In this document: positions 19,793 to 27,845 of the stretch, one piece after another | Layout: each line of letters begins with the position of its first letter | Numbering within the stretch: position 1 is the stretch's first letter | Assembly (NCBI GenBank): GCA_022487185.1 | Contig: JAKVJE010000001.1 | Span: 15,158-79,157, forward strand | Direction of reading: 5' to 3' | Origin: Microbacteriaceae bacterium | Lineage (GTDB): Bacteria; Actinomycetota; Actinomycetes; Actinomycetales; Microbacteriaceae | Length of the DNA stretch: 64,000 nucleotides | The notes under the pieces: model-generated | Seen by the model: only the letters and a program-made list of their open reading frames with translations | The model's database searches: none | Told to the model about the DNA's origin: nothing | Program-made: the position numbers and the translations under genes

Positions 19793-19875
19793 CAAGTTTC
19801 CGGGGTTCTCAGCCGAATGTTCTACGGCGCCGTGTAGGGTTGAACCAGATCATCCGTCCACCGGGAAAGGATCGA

Positions 19876-22629
19876 ATGGCCGAGTCCAGCACGTCCTCCA
19901 CCCCCTCCCAAACCGGGCCTCTGCGCGGCACCCATGCGCGCGAAGCCGCTGAGGTCGTCCGAGAACTTGCGACAGACCCCACGTCGGGACTCTCCCCGGC
20001 CGAGGTCACCCGGCGGCGGGAGGCAGTCGGGCCCAACGAGCTTCCGGCGCCCCGCCCCCGCCCTGCCATCGTGCGGTTCCTGGCACACTTCAACGACGTC
20101 CTCATCTACATCCTGCTCGTCTCCGCCGCGCTGAAGGCGGTCTACGGAGACTGGATCGACTTCACGGTCATCCTGGTGGTGGCGGTGGCCAACGCAGTGA
20201 TCGGCTTCGTCCAGGAGGGACGGGCCGCGGCCGCATTGGAGGGCATCAGGACCATGCTGTCCTCCACCGCGACCGTGGTGCGCGGAGGAACCGTCGACCA
20301 TGTCGAAACCGCCGAGCTGGTGCCCGGCGACCTGGTTCGGCTCTCGGCAGGCGACCGAGTCCCCGCCGACCTGCGGCTCATCGAAGTCGCCGACCTGCGC
20401 ATCGAGGAGTCCCCGCTCACCGGGGAGGCCGACGCGGTGACGAAAGGGACTGCCCCAGTCGACCCCGAGGAGGGGCTCGGCGATCGAACCTGCCTGGCGT
20501 TCTCCGGCACCATCGTCGTGGCCGGGCGGGGTGAGGGCATTGTCACGGCCACCGGCACCGCCACCGAGCTCGGACGGATTCAGCAGCTCGCCGCCGCCGA
20601 GGAACCGGCCCCGACCCCGCTCGCCAGACAGCTCAACCGGTTCGGCTCGCTGGTGGCGATCGCCGTGGTGGCCGCTGCCGCCGCCATGCTGGTCATCGGC
20701 AAGCTCGTGCATCAGTTCGCCATCCCGGAGCTCATCAGCGCGGCCATCGGATTCGCCGTCGCGGCCATCCCCGAGGGGCTTCCGGCGATCGTGACCATCT
20801 CACTGGCTCTCGGGGTACAGCAGATGGCGCGGCGGCACGCCATTACCCGCCGTCTTCAGTCGGTCGAAACCCTCGGCTCGGTCTCCGTGATCTGCTCGGA
20901 TAAGACCGGGACCCTGACCAAGAACGAAATGACCGCCACCATGGTGCGTACCGACGCATCCGCCTACCGCGTCGAAGGGGAGGGCTACTCGCCCCGGGGC
21001 ACGATTCTCGACGCAGCTGGGGCCCCGGCCCAGACCGCATCTGACCGGGCGCTCGCGGAGCTCCTCCTGTCGGCTGGAGTCTGTAATGACGCCCGGCTGC
21101 GCGAGACGGAGACCGGATGGGCCCTCATCGGAGAGCCCACCGAGGGTGCGATGCGAGCCCTCGCAGAGAAGGGCGCGGTGGATGACACGGCCTACGTCCG
21201 CCGCTCGGAGATCCCCTTCGACTCGGCGCACAAGTACATGGCGGTGCTCGTCGACGGCCCGGAGGGGCGCCGCATGGGCTTTGTGAAGGGCGCTCCGGAC
21301 CGATTGCTGGCGATGAGCACGCTTCAGCTGCGCGCCGACGGCACCCCCGAGCCACTCGACCCGGAGGCCTGGGAGCAACGCATCGATGAGCTCGGTGCAC
21401 GGGGGCTCCGGGTGCTCGCCGCGGCCTCCTTCCCCGGTGCTGATGTGGAGGCCCTGTCGGGGCCGGGCTCCCTGCCCGGGCTCACCTTCCTGGGCCTGGT
21501 CGGCATTATCGACCCGCCCCGGCCGGAGGCCGTTCAGGCCGTGGCAACCTGCCGGGAGGCCGGGGTCGGGGTCAAGATGATCACCGGCGACCACGCCGGC
21601 ACGGCCACCGCCATCGCTCGGCAGCTCGGAATCCTCGCCGCAGAGGGGCCAGTCTCCGATCGGGTCCTCACCGGGGCAGAGGTCGAGGGGATGTCCCAGT
21701 CCCAGCTGGAGCGCCGTGCGCCCCAGGTCGACGTCTACGCGCGCACCAGCCCGGAGCACAAGATCCGGATCGTTAAGGCACTCCAGTCCGGCGGCCGGGT
21801 GGTGGCGATGACGGGCGACGGGGTCAACGACGCCCCGGCCCTCACCCGCGCCGACGTGGGCGTGGCCATGGGGATCAAGGGCACGGAGGCCACGAAGGAG
21901 GCCGCCGACATCGTCCTGGCCGACGACAACTTCGCGACCATCGAGCGCGCGGTCGAAGAGGGCCGGCGCATCTATGACAACATCCGCAAGTCGGTGCTGT
22001 TCATGCTCCCCACAAACGGGTCCCAGTCCCTGCTGGTGCTGTTCGCGGTCCTGTTCGGCTTCACCCTGCCGCTCGCCCCGGTGCAGATTCTCTGGGTCAA
22101 CCTGGTCACCGCGGTGACCCTTTCGCTGGCGCTCGTGTTCGAGCCGGCCGAGCGGGGGCTGATGCAGCGACCGCCGAGAGACCCCCGGACCCCCCTCGTG
22201 CGGGGGCGGGATTTCGCCCTGGTAGGCTTCGTCTCGGTGGTCGTGGCCGCGGCGACCCTGGCCGTCTTCCTGCTCGAGCTCTCCCTGGGGGCCAGCACCG
22301 CCGTGGCACAGACCGCCGGGGTGACGACTCTGGTCTTCGGCCAGGCCACCTATCTGCTCAACTGCCGCACACTGCGCGGCACCTCGCTGTCGAAGGCCGG
22401 CTTCGTGGGGAACTCGATGGTGTGGAAGATGATCGCACTGCTGCTCGTGCTGCAGATCCTGTTCGTGAGCGTTCCGTTCCTGAACGGCATGTTCCACTCC
22501 ACGCCCATCGCCCTGAGTACCTGGGGGCTGTCGCTGGCTGCCGGCGTGCTGGTCTTCTTCGCGGTCGAGGCCTTCAAACTGTGGTGGGGCCGGCCAGAAC
22601 GGTCGGGAGGCACCGCACCTCGAAATTGA
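19876..22629 (+). CDS. P-type cation-transporting ATPase (P2, Ca2+/SERCA-like)
   Basis: TGE(A), DKTGTLT and TGDGVNDAPAL motifs with 10 TM segments. ATG 19876 is preceded by GGAAAGGA. The upstream part of ORF 19783 was discarded. Confidence 0.92.
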   Translation: MAESSTSSTPSQTGPLRGTHAREAAEVVRELATDPTSGLSPAEVTRRREAVGPNELPAPRPRPAIVRFLAHFNDVLIYILLVSAALKAVYGDWIDFTVILVVAVANAVIGFVQEGRAAAALEGIRTMLSSTATVVRGGTVDHVETAELVPGDLVRLSAGDRVPADLRLIEVADLRIEESPLTGEADAVTKGTAPVDPEEGLGDRTCLAFSGTIVVAGRGEGIVTATGTATELGRIQQLAAAEEPAPTPLARQLNRFGSLVAIAVVAAAAAMLVIGKLVHQFAIPELISAAIGFAVAAIPEGLPAIVTISLALGVQQMARRHAITRRLQSVETLGSVSVICSDKTGTLTKNEMTATMVRTDASAYRVEGEGYSPRGTILDAAGAPAQTASDRALAELLLSAGVCNDARLRETETGWALIGEPTEGAMRALAEKGAVDDTAYVRRSEIPFDSAHKYMAVLVDGPEGRRMGFVKGAPDRLLAMSTLQLRADGTPEPLDPEAWEQRIDELGARGLRVLAAASFPGADVEALSGPGSLPGLTFLGLVGIIDPPRPEAVQAVATCREAGVGVKMITGDHAGTATAIARQLGILAAEGPVSDRVLTGAEVEGMSQSQLERRAPQVDVYARTSPEHKIRIVKALQSGGRVVAMTGDGVNDAPALTRADVGVAMGIKGTEATKEAADIVLADDNFATIERAVEEGRRIYDNIRKSVLFMLPTNGSQSLLVLFAVLFGFTLPLAPVQILWVNLVTAVTLSLALVFEPAERGLMQRPPRDPRTPLVRGRDFALVGFVSVVVAAATLAVFLLELSLGASTAVAQTAGVTTLVFGQATYLLNCRTLRGTSLSKAGFVGNSMVWKMIALLLVLQILFVSVPFLNGMFHSTPIALSTWGLSLAAGVLVFFAVEAFKLWWGRPERSGGTAPRN

Positions 22630-23059
22630 CCGACCGGGCGATGTTGCACAGGCTTCCCGCCTCCTGGTGGAGCGCGGTGGCCTGCTCGATACGGGCGGGG
22701 TCGGTGATCGTCACCACGGGGTGGAGGACGACCTCACTGAATGCCCCCGTCCCGGAGACCTCGTTGGGCATCGTGCCCTCCGGGGAATCTGCATAGTCGG
22801 TCACCACGATGCCCGCCTGGGCGGCCAGATGGAGGTACCAGAGCAGGTGGCACTGTGCGAGGGCCGCCACCAGGAGCTGCTCCGGGTTCCACCGGGCGGG
22901 GTCCCCCCGGTAGGCGGGATCCGCGGTGAGGTCCAGCGACGTCTGTGCCGAGGGGGCGCTCGCCACCCCGTCGCGCGAGTACGCGCGGTAGGTCGTGGTA
23001 CCGGGGCCGAGGTTGCCGGTCCAGCGCAGGTTCAGGCGGTAGTGGTGCGTGTGATCCAT
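22574..23059 (-). CDS. OsmC-family peroxiredoxin-like protein
   Basis: 161 aa with the pattern WNPEQLLVAALAQCH...CNIARSVNF and two conserved Cys. GGGGAGG SD sequence. Confidence 0.87.
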   Translation of the reverse strand: MDHTHHYRLNLRWTGNLGPGTTTYRAYSRDGVASAPSAQTSLDLTADPAYRGDPARWNPEQLLVAALAQCHLLWYLHLAAQAGIVVTDYADSPEGTMPNEVSGTGAFSEVVLHPVVTITDPARIEQATALHQEAGSLCNIARSVNFEVRCLPTVLAGPTTV

Positions 23060-23080
23060 GTGGTGCCTCCCCGCGGCAGC

Positions 23081-24667
23081 CTACCGGGGGTCGCCCCGGA
23101 GCGCCCGAAGCACATGTGCCACGATGCCGGGAAGCGAGATCTGCCCGGCTGGGACCCCGTCCCGGAGTACCGCCCGGGGCGTGCCGTCGGCGGGGAGCTG
23201 GGAGAGCGCGGTGCTGAGCGGGGCTGCCGCATCCACCCCGTCTTTGCCGTGGGCGGGCGCCCCCGGATCGGAGAGTGCCCCGGCCGGCGTCTCCTCCAGG
23301 GGGCGCCAGGTCGTCGCCAGGTCGATGTCGGTTCCCCGGCGCAGCAGCTTTTCGGTGTAGATGGTTCCGCGCCCGAAGGCCCGGCCCACCAGCGCCGCCA
23401 CGGACACGGTGATCATCACCGGCACGATCAACTGAAAGTCTCCGGTCATCTCGACGATGCTGCCCAGTGCGGTGAGGGGGGAGCCGGTCGCCGCCGCGAA
23501 CACCCCCGCCATTCCGATTGCCGCGTAGAGCGCCGGGGTCCCCGCCGCCGTTCCCAACAGGGCGTGGGTCAGTCCTCCGAAGGCCGCGCCGCACATCAGC
23601 CCCACAAAGAGACTCGGGGCGTAGACGCCGCCCGAGCCGCCCATCCCCAGGGTCAGGGAGGTCGCCACGATCTTCCCAGCGGCGAGTACCAGCAGGAACC
23701 ACAGCGCGTACTGCCCGTCCAGGGCCTGGTACATGACCGGGTACCCGACCCCGTACAGCTGGGGGAGCGCCAGCAGCAGCACCCCCACCACCAGCCCGCC
23801 GACCGCGGGACGCGCCCACTCCGGCCTGCCCGCCCAGAGACGATCGCACAGGTCCTCGGTGCGGTAGAGCACGGTCCCGAAGAGGTGCCCGACCAGGGCC
23901 GTCAGAACCGCGAGTACGAGCACCAGGCCGTATCGCAGCGGGCTGCCGAGCTCCACCGTGGCGGGGAAGGCGGTCAGGAAGGGGGTGTTCCCGAAGGCGG
24001 CGACCGCGATCGCATCCGCCACCGCCACCGAGATGCCGATGCTCGCGAGGGCCTCCAGTGAAACCGTGCGCAGAATGATCTCAAGACCGAAGAAGAGCCC
24101 GGCCAGCGGGGTATTGAAGGTGGCTGCGATGGCGCCGCCCGCGCCGGCCGCCACCAGGATGCGCAACCGATGCACGGGGACCCGCGCCCCCTGCCCCAGG
24201 ATCGAGGCGAGTGCGGCCCCGATCTGGGCGATGGGCCCCTCCCGGCCTACCGAGCCACCGGAACCGATCGTGAGCGCCGACGCCAGCGCTTTCACAAACG
24301 GGACCTGCGGGCGGATGCACCCCTTGTTGACCGCGACCGCCGCCATCACCTCGGGGACGCCATGGCCGCGCGCCTCCGGGGCGAACCGCTGGATGAGGGG
24401 GCCGTAGAGCAGTCCGCCGAGGGCGGGGGCGACGACGAAAAAGGCCAGGCCCAGCCAGGGGAGGTGAGTGCTTCCGACCCACCCCTGTTGCCCGAACTCC
24501 AGGTGCCCGGTGAAGATCCAGGTGATCCCCAGCACGAGGAAGCGAAACGCAATCGCTCCCAGCCCGGAGCCGATGCCCACGAGGAGCGACAGGAGGGCGA
24601 GCCCGCCCAGCCCGCTTCCCAGCCAGCCGTGACGCGCGGTGAGATGGGGGTGAACGGTTGCTGACAT
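23081..24667 (-). CDS. ClC-family voltage-gated chloride channel / H+-Cl- antiporter
   Basis: GREGP selectivity motif, GVYAPSLF, multiple TM helices and a short cytoplasmic tail. ATG 24667 is preceded by GAGGAG. Confidence 0.9.
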   Translation of the reverse strand: MSATVHPHLTARHGWLGSGLGGLALLSLLVGIGSGLGAIAFRFLVLGITWIFTGHLEFGQQGWVGSTHLPWLGLAFFVVAPALGGLLYGPLIQRFAPEARGHGVPEVMAAVAVNKGCIRPQVPFVKALASALTIGSGGSVGREGPIAQIGAALASILGQGARVPVHRLRILVAAGAGGAIAATFNTPLAGLFFGLEIILRTVSLEALASIGISVAVADAIAVAAFGNTPFLTAFPATVELGSPLRYGLVLVLAVLTALVGHLFGTVLYRTEDLCDRLWAGRPEWARPAVGGLVVGVLLLALPQLYGVGYPVMYQALDGQYALWFLLVLAAGKIVATSLTLGMGGSGGVYAPSLFVGLMCGAAFGGLTHALLGTAAGTPALYAAIGMAGVFAAATGSPLTALGSIVEMTGDFQLIVPVMITVSVAALVGRAFGRGTIYTEKLLRRGTDIDLATTWRPLEETPAGALSDPGAPAHGKDGVDAAAPLSTALSQLPADGTPRAVLRDGVPAGQISLPGIVAHVLRALRGDPR

Positions 24668-24820
24668 GTCGGGGCTCCTCTGGACGCGGCGGGACGCCCG
24701 CATCCGCTGGCCAGTTTAGTTCCGGCCATCGGCGCCCCAGTCGAGGGAGGACCGGGGCGGGAGTGGCTCCTGCCATCGGCTCTCCGAAGCTCTCCTCGGG
24801 GCGGGCCCCGGACCCTCCGC

Positions 24821-24826
24821 TACGAT
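24821..24826 (+). promoter_or_regulatory. candidate -10 box (TACGAT) for a leaderless tgt transcript
   Basis: TAnnnT hexamer lies 7 nt upstream of GTG 24834. No SD sequence. Confidence 0.35.
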
Positions 24827-24833
24827 CGCAGTC

Positions 24834-26054
24834 GTGCTCGCCTTCGATATCGAATCCCGCCTGGAGGGCCGCAACGGCCGAACCGGGGTCATCCACACAC
24901 CCCACGGGGACATCCGCACCCCGGCCTTTGTCCCGGTGGCGACCCAGGCGGCGGTGAAGGCGGTGCTTCCCGAGCAGATGCGCGACCTCGGGGCGCAGGC
25001 CCTGCTGGCCAATGCCTACCACCTCTATCTGCAGCCGGGCCCCGACCTCCTAGATCTGGCCGGCGGGCTGGGGGCATTCATGAACTGGGACGGCCCGACG
25101 TTCACCGATTCCGGTGGGTTCCAGGTCCTGAGCCTCGGCGCGGGCTTCAAGAAGACCCTGGCGATGGATACGACGGGGCTCAAGCGGGATGACGTGGTTG
25201 CCGAGGGGAAACAGCGCATGGCCCACGTGGATGAGGATGGAGTCACCTTCAAATCCTTCCGGGATGGCAGCATCCACCGTTTCACCCCGGAGGTCTCGAT
25301 GCGCATTCAGCACCAGCTCGGGGCGGACATCCTGTTCGCCTTCGACGAGCTCACCACCTTGATGAATACCCGCACCTATCAGGAGGAGTCCCTGGAGCGC
25401 ACCCGGCGCTGGGCGGTGCGGTGTCTCGCGGAGCACCGCCGGCTGAGCGAGGAGCGGGCCGACCGCCCCCCGCAGGCCCTGTTCGGGGTGCTGCAGGGCG
25501 CCAACTACAAGGATCTCCGGACCCGGGCCGCCACCGACCTGGGGGCGATGAACTTCGACGGGTACGGACTGGGCGGAGCCATCGAGAAGCGCCGACTCGG
25601 CGAGATCGTGCGATGGATGACGGATATCCTGCCGGAGAACCGCCCGCGCCACCTGTTGGGGATCAGTGAGCCCGACGACATCTTCGCTGCCGTCGAGAAT
25701 GGCGTCGACACCTTCGACTGCGTCTCTCCGACCCGGGTGGCCCGCAACGCGGCCGTCTACTCGCACCGGGGACGCTTCAACATTGTGCAGTCCCGGTTCC
25801 GCAGGGACCTCTCCCCGATCGAGGAGGGGTGCGACTGTTACACCTGCACCCACTACTCCAGGGCGTATCTGCACCATCTCTTCAAAGCGAGGGAGATGGA
25901 TGCCTCGACCCTCGCCAGCATCCACAACGAACGGTTCATCGTGCGGCTGGTCGACGAGATCCGCACCTCGATCGAGGACGGGCGGTTCGACGAGTTCCGC
26001 GAGGAGACGCTGGGTGCCTACTACGCGACGGCTCGCTCGGAGGGGCGCAAGTAG
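24834..26054 (+). CDS. tgt: tRNA-guanine transglycosylase family protein (non-canonical pocket)
   Basis: 406 aa with TDSGGFQ, AFDE, EPDD, the zinc site CDCYTC and YLHH. Differs from the canonical enzyme at Leu173 and the GLGGAIE loop (see findings). Confidence 0.9.
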   Translation: MLAFDIESRLEGRNGRTGVIHTPHGDIRTPAFVPVATQAAVKAVLPEQMRDLGAQALLANAYHLYLQPGPDLLDLAGGLGAFMNWDGPTFTDSGGFQVLSLGAGFKKTLAMDTTGLKRDDVVAEGKQRMAHVDEDGVTFKSFRDGSIHRFTPEVSMRIQHQLGADILFAFDELTTLMNTRTYQEESLERTRRWAVRCLAEHRRLSEERADRPPQALFGVLQGANYKDLRTRAATDLGAMNFDGYGLGGAIEKRRLGEIVRWMTDILPENRPRHLLGISEPDDIFAAVENGVDTFDCVSPTRVARNAAVYSHRGRFNIVQSRFRRDLSPIEEGCDCYTCTHYSRAYLHHLFKAREMDASTLASIHNERFIVRLVDEIRTSIEDGRFDEFREETLGAYYATARSEGRK

Positions 26055-26731
26055 TCGGGCTCGTGCCGTTTGAGCCATCCGATGGTCGGGTAGGTGATCG
26101 GGAGCAGGACCACCTCGAGCAGTGTCTTGTAGAGGAATCCGAGCACGGTGTAGTTGGCGACCGCCGCGAACCCGTGGATGCCGATGACCGGCGCCGCGAT
26201 GAGGCAGAACGCGAGTGTATCCGCGAACTCTCCGACCACGGTGGAGCCGATCAGCCGGACCCAGAGCAGTCGCTCATCCGTGACGCGCTTGATCAGGACG
26301 AGGGTCACCGAGTTCAGGAGCTGCCCGAGGGCGTACCCGGTGAGCGACGCGATGAGGATGCGGGGCGCGGTGAGCCCCAGGATCTCCCGGAATGCGTGCT
26401 GCCCGGTGTACCCGGGGGCCCCAGGGAGGGCCAGCACCAGCTGAAAGTAGAGGACGGCGCCGATGTTGATCGCGAAGCCGGCGGCGATGGCCAGCCGTGC
26501 CCTCCGGAAGCCGTAGACCTCACTCAGGACGTCCCCCAGCACATAGGTCAGGGGGAAGAGGAGGAAGCCCCCGTCGGTGTAGATGGGGAAGTTGCCGATG
26601 GGCCCGAACAGCACCCCCTTGGTGGCTGCGATGTTCGAGACCACGTACAGACTGGCGAAGATGGTCATCACGATCGGGAAGTACCGGGGGGAGGCCGAGG
26701 CGAAGCGGGGGCGTTGTTCTGTGTGGGGCAC
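26021..26731 (-). CDS. yhhQ: YhhQ/DUF165-family queuosine-precursor transporter
   Basis: 236 aa with 6 TM segments and the family pattern LFPLTYVLGDVLSEVYG. GTG start. Overlaps the tgt 3' end by 34 nt. Confidence 0.85.
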   Translation of the reverse strand: MPHTEQRPRFASASPRYFPIVMTIFASLYVVSNIAATKGVLFGPIGNFPIYTDGGFLLFPLTYVLGDVLSEVYGFRRARLAIAAGFAINIGAVLYFQLVLALPGAPGYTGQHAFREILGLTAPRILIASLTGYALGQLLNSVTLVLIKRVTDERLLWVRLIGSTVVGEFADTLAFCLIAAPVIGIHGFAAVANYTVLGFLYKTLLEVVLLPITYPTIGWLKRHEPDYLRPSERAVA

Positions 26732-26737
26732 CCCGCG

Positions 26738-26743
26738 ATTCTA
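26738..26743 (-). promoter_or_regulatory. candidate -10 box (TAGAAT) for a leaderless yhhQ transcript
   Basis: TAGAAT lies 6 nt upstream of GTG 26731. Confidence 0.4.
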
Positions 26744-26767
26744 TGCGGTCGGGCCGCGGGGTTCGGG

Positions 26768-26773
26768 GATAAT
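26768..26773 (+). promoter_or_regulatory. candidate -10 box (GATAAT) for a leaderless NUDIX-fold gene transcript
   Basis: GATAAT lies 6 nt upstream of ATG 26780. Confidence 0.4.
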
Positions 26774-26779
26774 GGGGCC

Positions 26780-27337
26780 ATGAGCATCGTGGGCACGCCC
26801 GATTTCCCTGACCGCCCCACCGGGAATCCCGGTTGGCTGACCGACAGCGAGCTCTCCTGGGTGCGCTCGCGGATGCCGATCGTATATGTGGAGGCCCTGC
26901 CGGTGCGCGTCGACCAGTACGGCGCTGTGACGGAAGTGGGATTGCTGCTGCGCGCCTCCGAGACGGGGGTGATTACCCGGACGATCGTCTCGGGCCGGGT
27001 GCGGCACACCGAGAGCCTCCGGGAGGCGCTGCTCCGGCATCTGGAGAACGATCTGGGCCCGATGGCCTTCCCGCAGCTCCCGGTCTCGCCGGTGCCGGAC
27101 TCGGTGGCCGAATACTTTCCGGTGCCCGACGGAGACCGGGAGTTCAGCGATGAGCGTCAGCACGCGGTGTCCCTCGCCTACGTGGTTCCGGTGACGGGCA
27201 GCTGCCAGCCCCGGCAGGATGCGCTTGAGCTGACCTGGATGACGCCCGAGCAGGCGCGCAGCCCCGAGATCGCCGCTGACATGATCGGCAACCGGGGGCT
27301 GCTCGTGGCTCGGCTGCTGGCCGCCGTCAACTGCTGA
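26780..27337 (+). CDS. NUDIX-fold protein with degenerate Nudix box (DUF4916-like)
   Basis: 185 aa. G72-x5-E78-x7-RHLENDLG93 replaces REUxEExGU. Only the 3' third of ORF 25829-27337 is credible; the rest overlaps tgt and yhhQ. Confidence 0.75.
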   Translation: MSIVGTPDFPDRPTGNPGWLTDSELSWVRSRMPIVYVEALPVRVDQYGAVTEVGLLLRASETGVITRTIVSGRVRHTESLREALLRHLENDLGPMAFPQLPVSPVPDSVAEYFPVPDGDREFSDERQHAVSLAYVVPVTGSCQPRQDALELTWMTPEQARSPEIAADMIGNRGLLVARLLAAVNC

Positions 27338-27845
27338 TCGAACCGGCAGCGTGCTCGCCAGGGGCCGCGATCTCTGCGAACCGTCCCCCGGTGGCTTGGA
27401 GCAGGTTCTCCGGGGTGATCTCGAGATCGAGCCCCCGTCGCCCCCCGGAGAGCAGCACGGTTTGGAACTGCTGGGCGGAGGCATCCACGAACACCGGAAT
27501 GCGGGTGCGGAGCCCGATCGGACTGATGCCGCCCACGACGTAGCCCGTCTTGCGCTGCGCCTCGGCCGGATCGCACAGACTGGCGCGCTTCTGCCCGACG
27601 CAACCGGCCAAAGCCTTCAGATCGAGCCTGCCATTCACCGGCACGACCCCGATGACCAGAGTGCCCCGGGCGGAGGCCACGAGGGTCTTGAACACCCGGG
27701 CCGCATCCGCTCCGAGCTCGCTCGCCGCCTCGGCCCCGTAGTTGTGCCGCACCTCGTTGTCGTACTGGTGCTCCGTGTAGGGAATGCCGGCCGCGTCGAG
27801 GGCTGCAGTCGCGGCGGTCGTGGGGCCGTGTGAGTGCTTCTTCAT
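27327..27845 (-). CDS. ybaK: Cys-tRNA(Pro)/Cys-tRNA(Cys) deacylase YbaK
   Basis: 172 aa with FKTLV...GYVVGGISPIG, typical of the YbaK/INS editing domain. ATGA overlap with the upstream MFS gene. Confidence 0.87.
   Translation of the reverse strand: MKKHSHGPTTAATAALDAAGIPYTEHQYDNEVRHNYGAEAASELGADAARVFKTLVASARGTLVIGVVPVNGRLDLKALAGCVGQKRASLCDPAEAQRKTGYVVGGISPIGLRTRIPVFVDASAQQFQTVLLSGGRRGLDLEITPENLLQATGGRFAEIAAPGEHAAGSISS

Noticed and set aside
19836-19863. Sequence AGGGTTGAACCAGATCATCCGTCCACCG resembling the 3' end of tRNA-Ser (AGGGTTCAAATCCCTCCGTCACCG at 15561-15584). Considered as an attR-type remnant marking the als operon as a tRNA-integrated island.
   Set aside because: The similarity needs three gaps and two mismatches over 24 nt. 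No integrase or other mobility gene lies in between, and the segment overlaps the ATPase ribosome-binding region. Most likely chance.
26731-26761. Hairpin CCCCGCG-N17-CGCGGGG abutting the yhhQ start codon, considered as a preQ1-type riboswitch.
   Set aside because: It lacks the conserved preQ1-I features I recall (a GGUUC-type P1 and an A-rich tail). Its loop contains a good -10 hexamer (TAGAAT) placed 6 nt from the GTG, so most of the hairpin is probably not transcribed (leaderless mRNA).
25829-27337. 502-aa plus-strand ORF spanning the tgt 3' end, the yhhQ antisense strand and the NUDIX-fold gene.
   Set aside because: Only the last 185 codons (from ATG 26780) have protein-like composition and a Nudix-fold pattern. 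The upstream part overlaps two well-supported genes.
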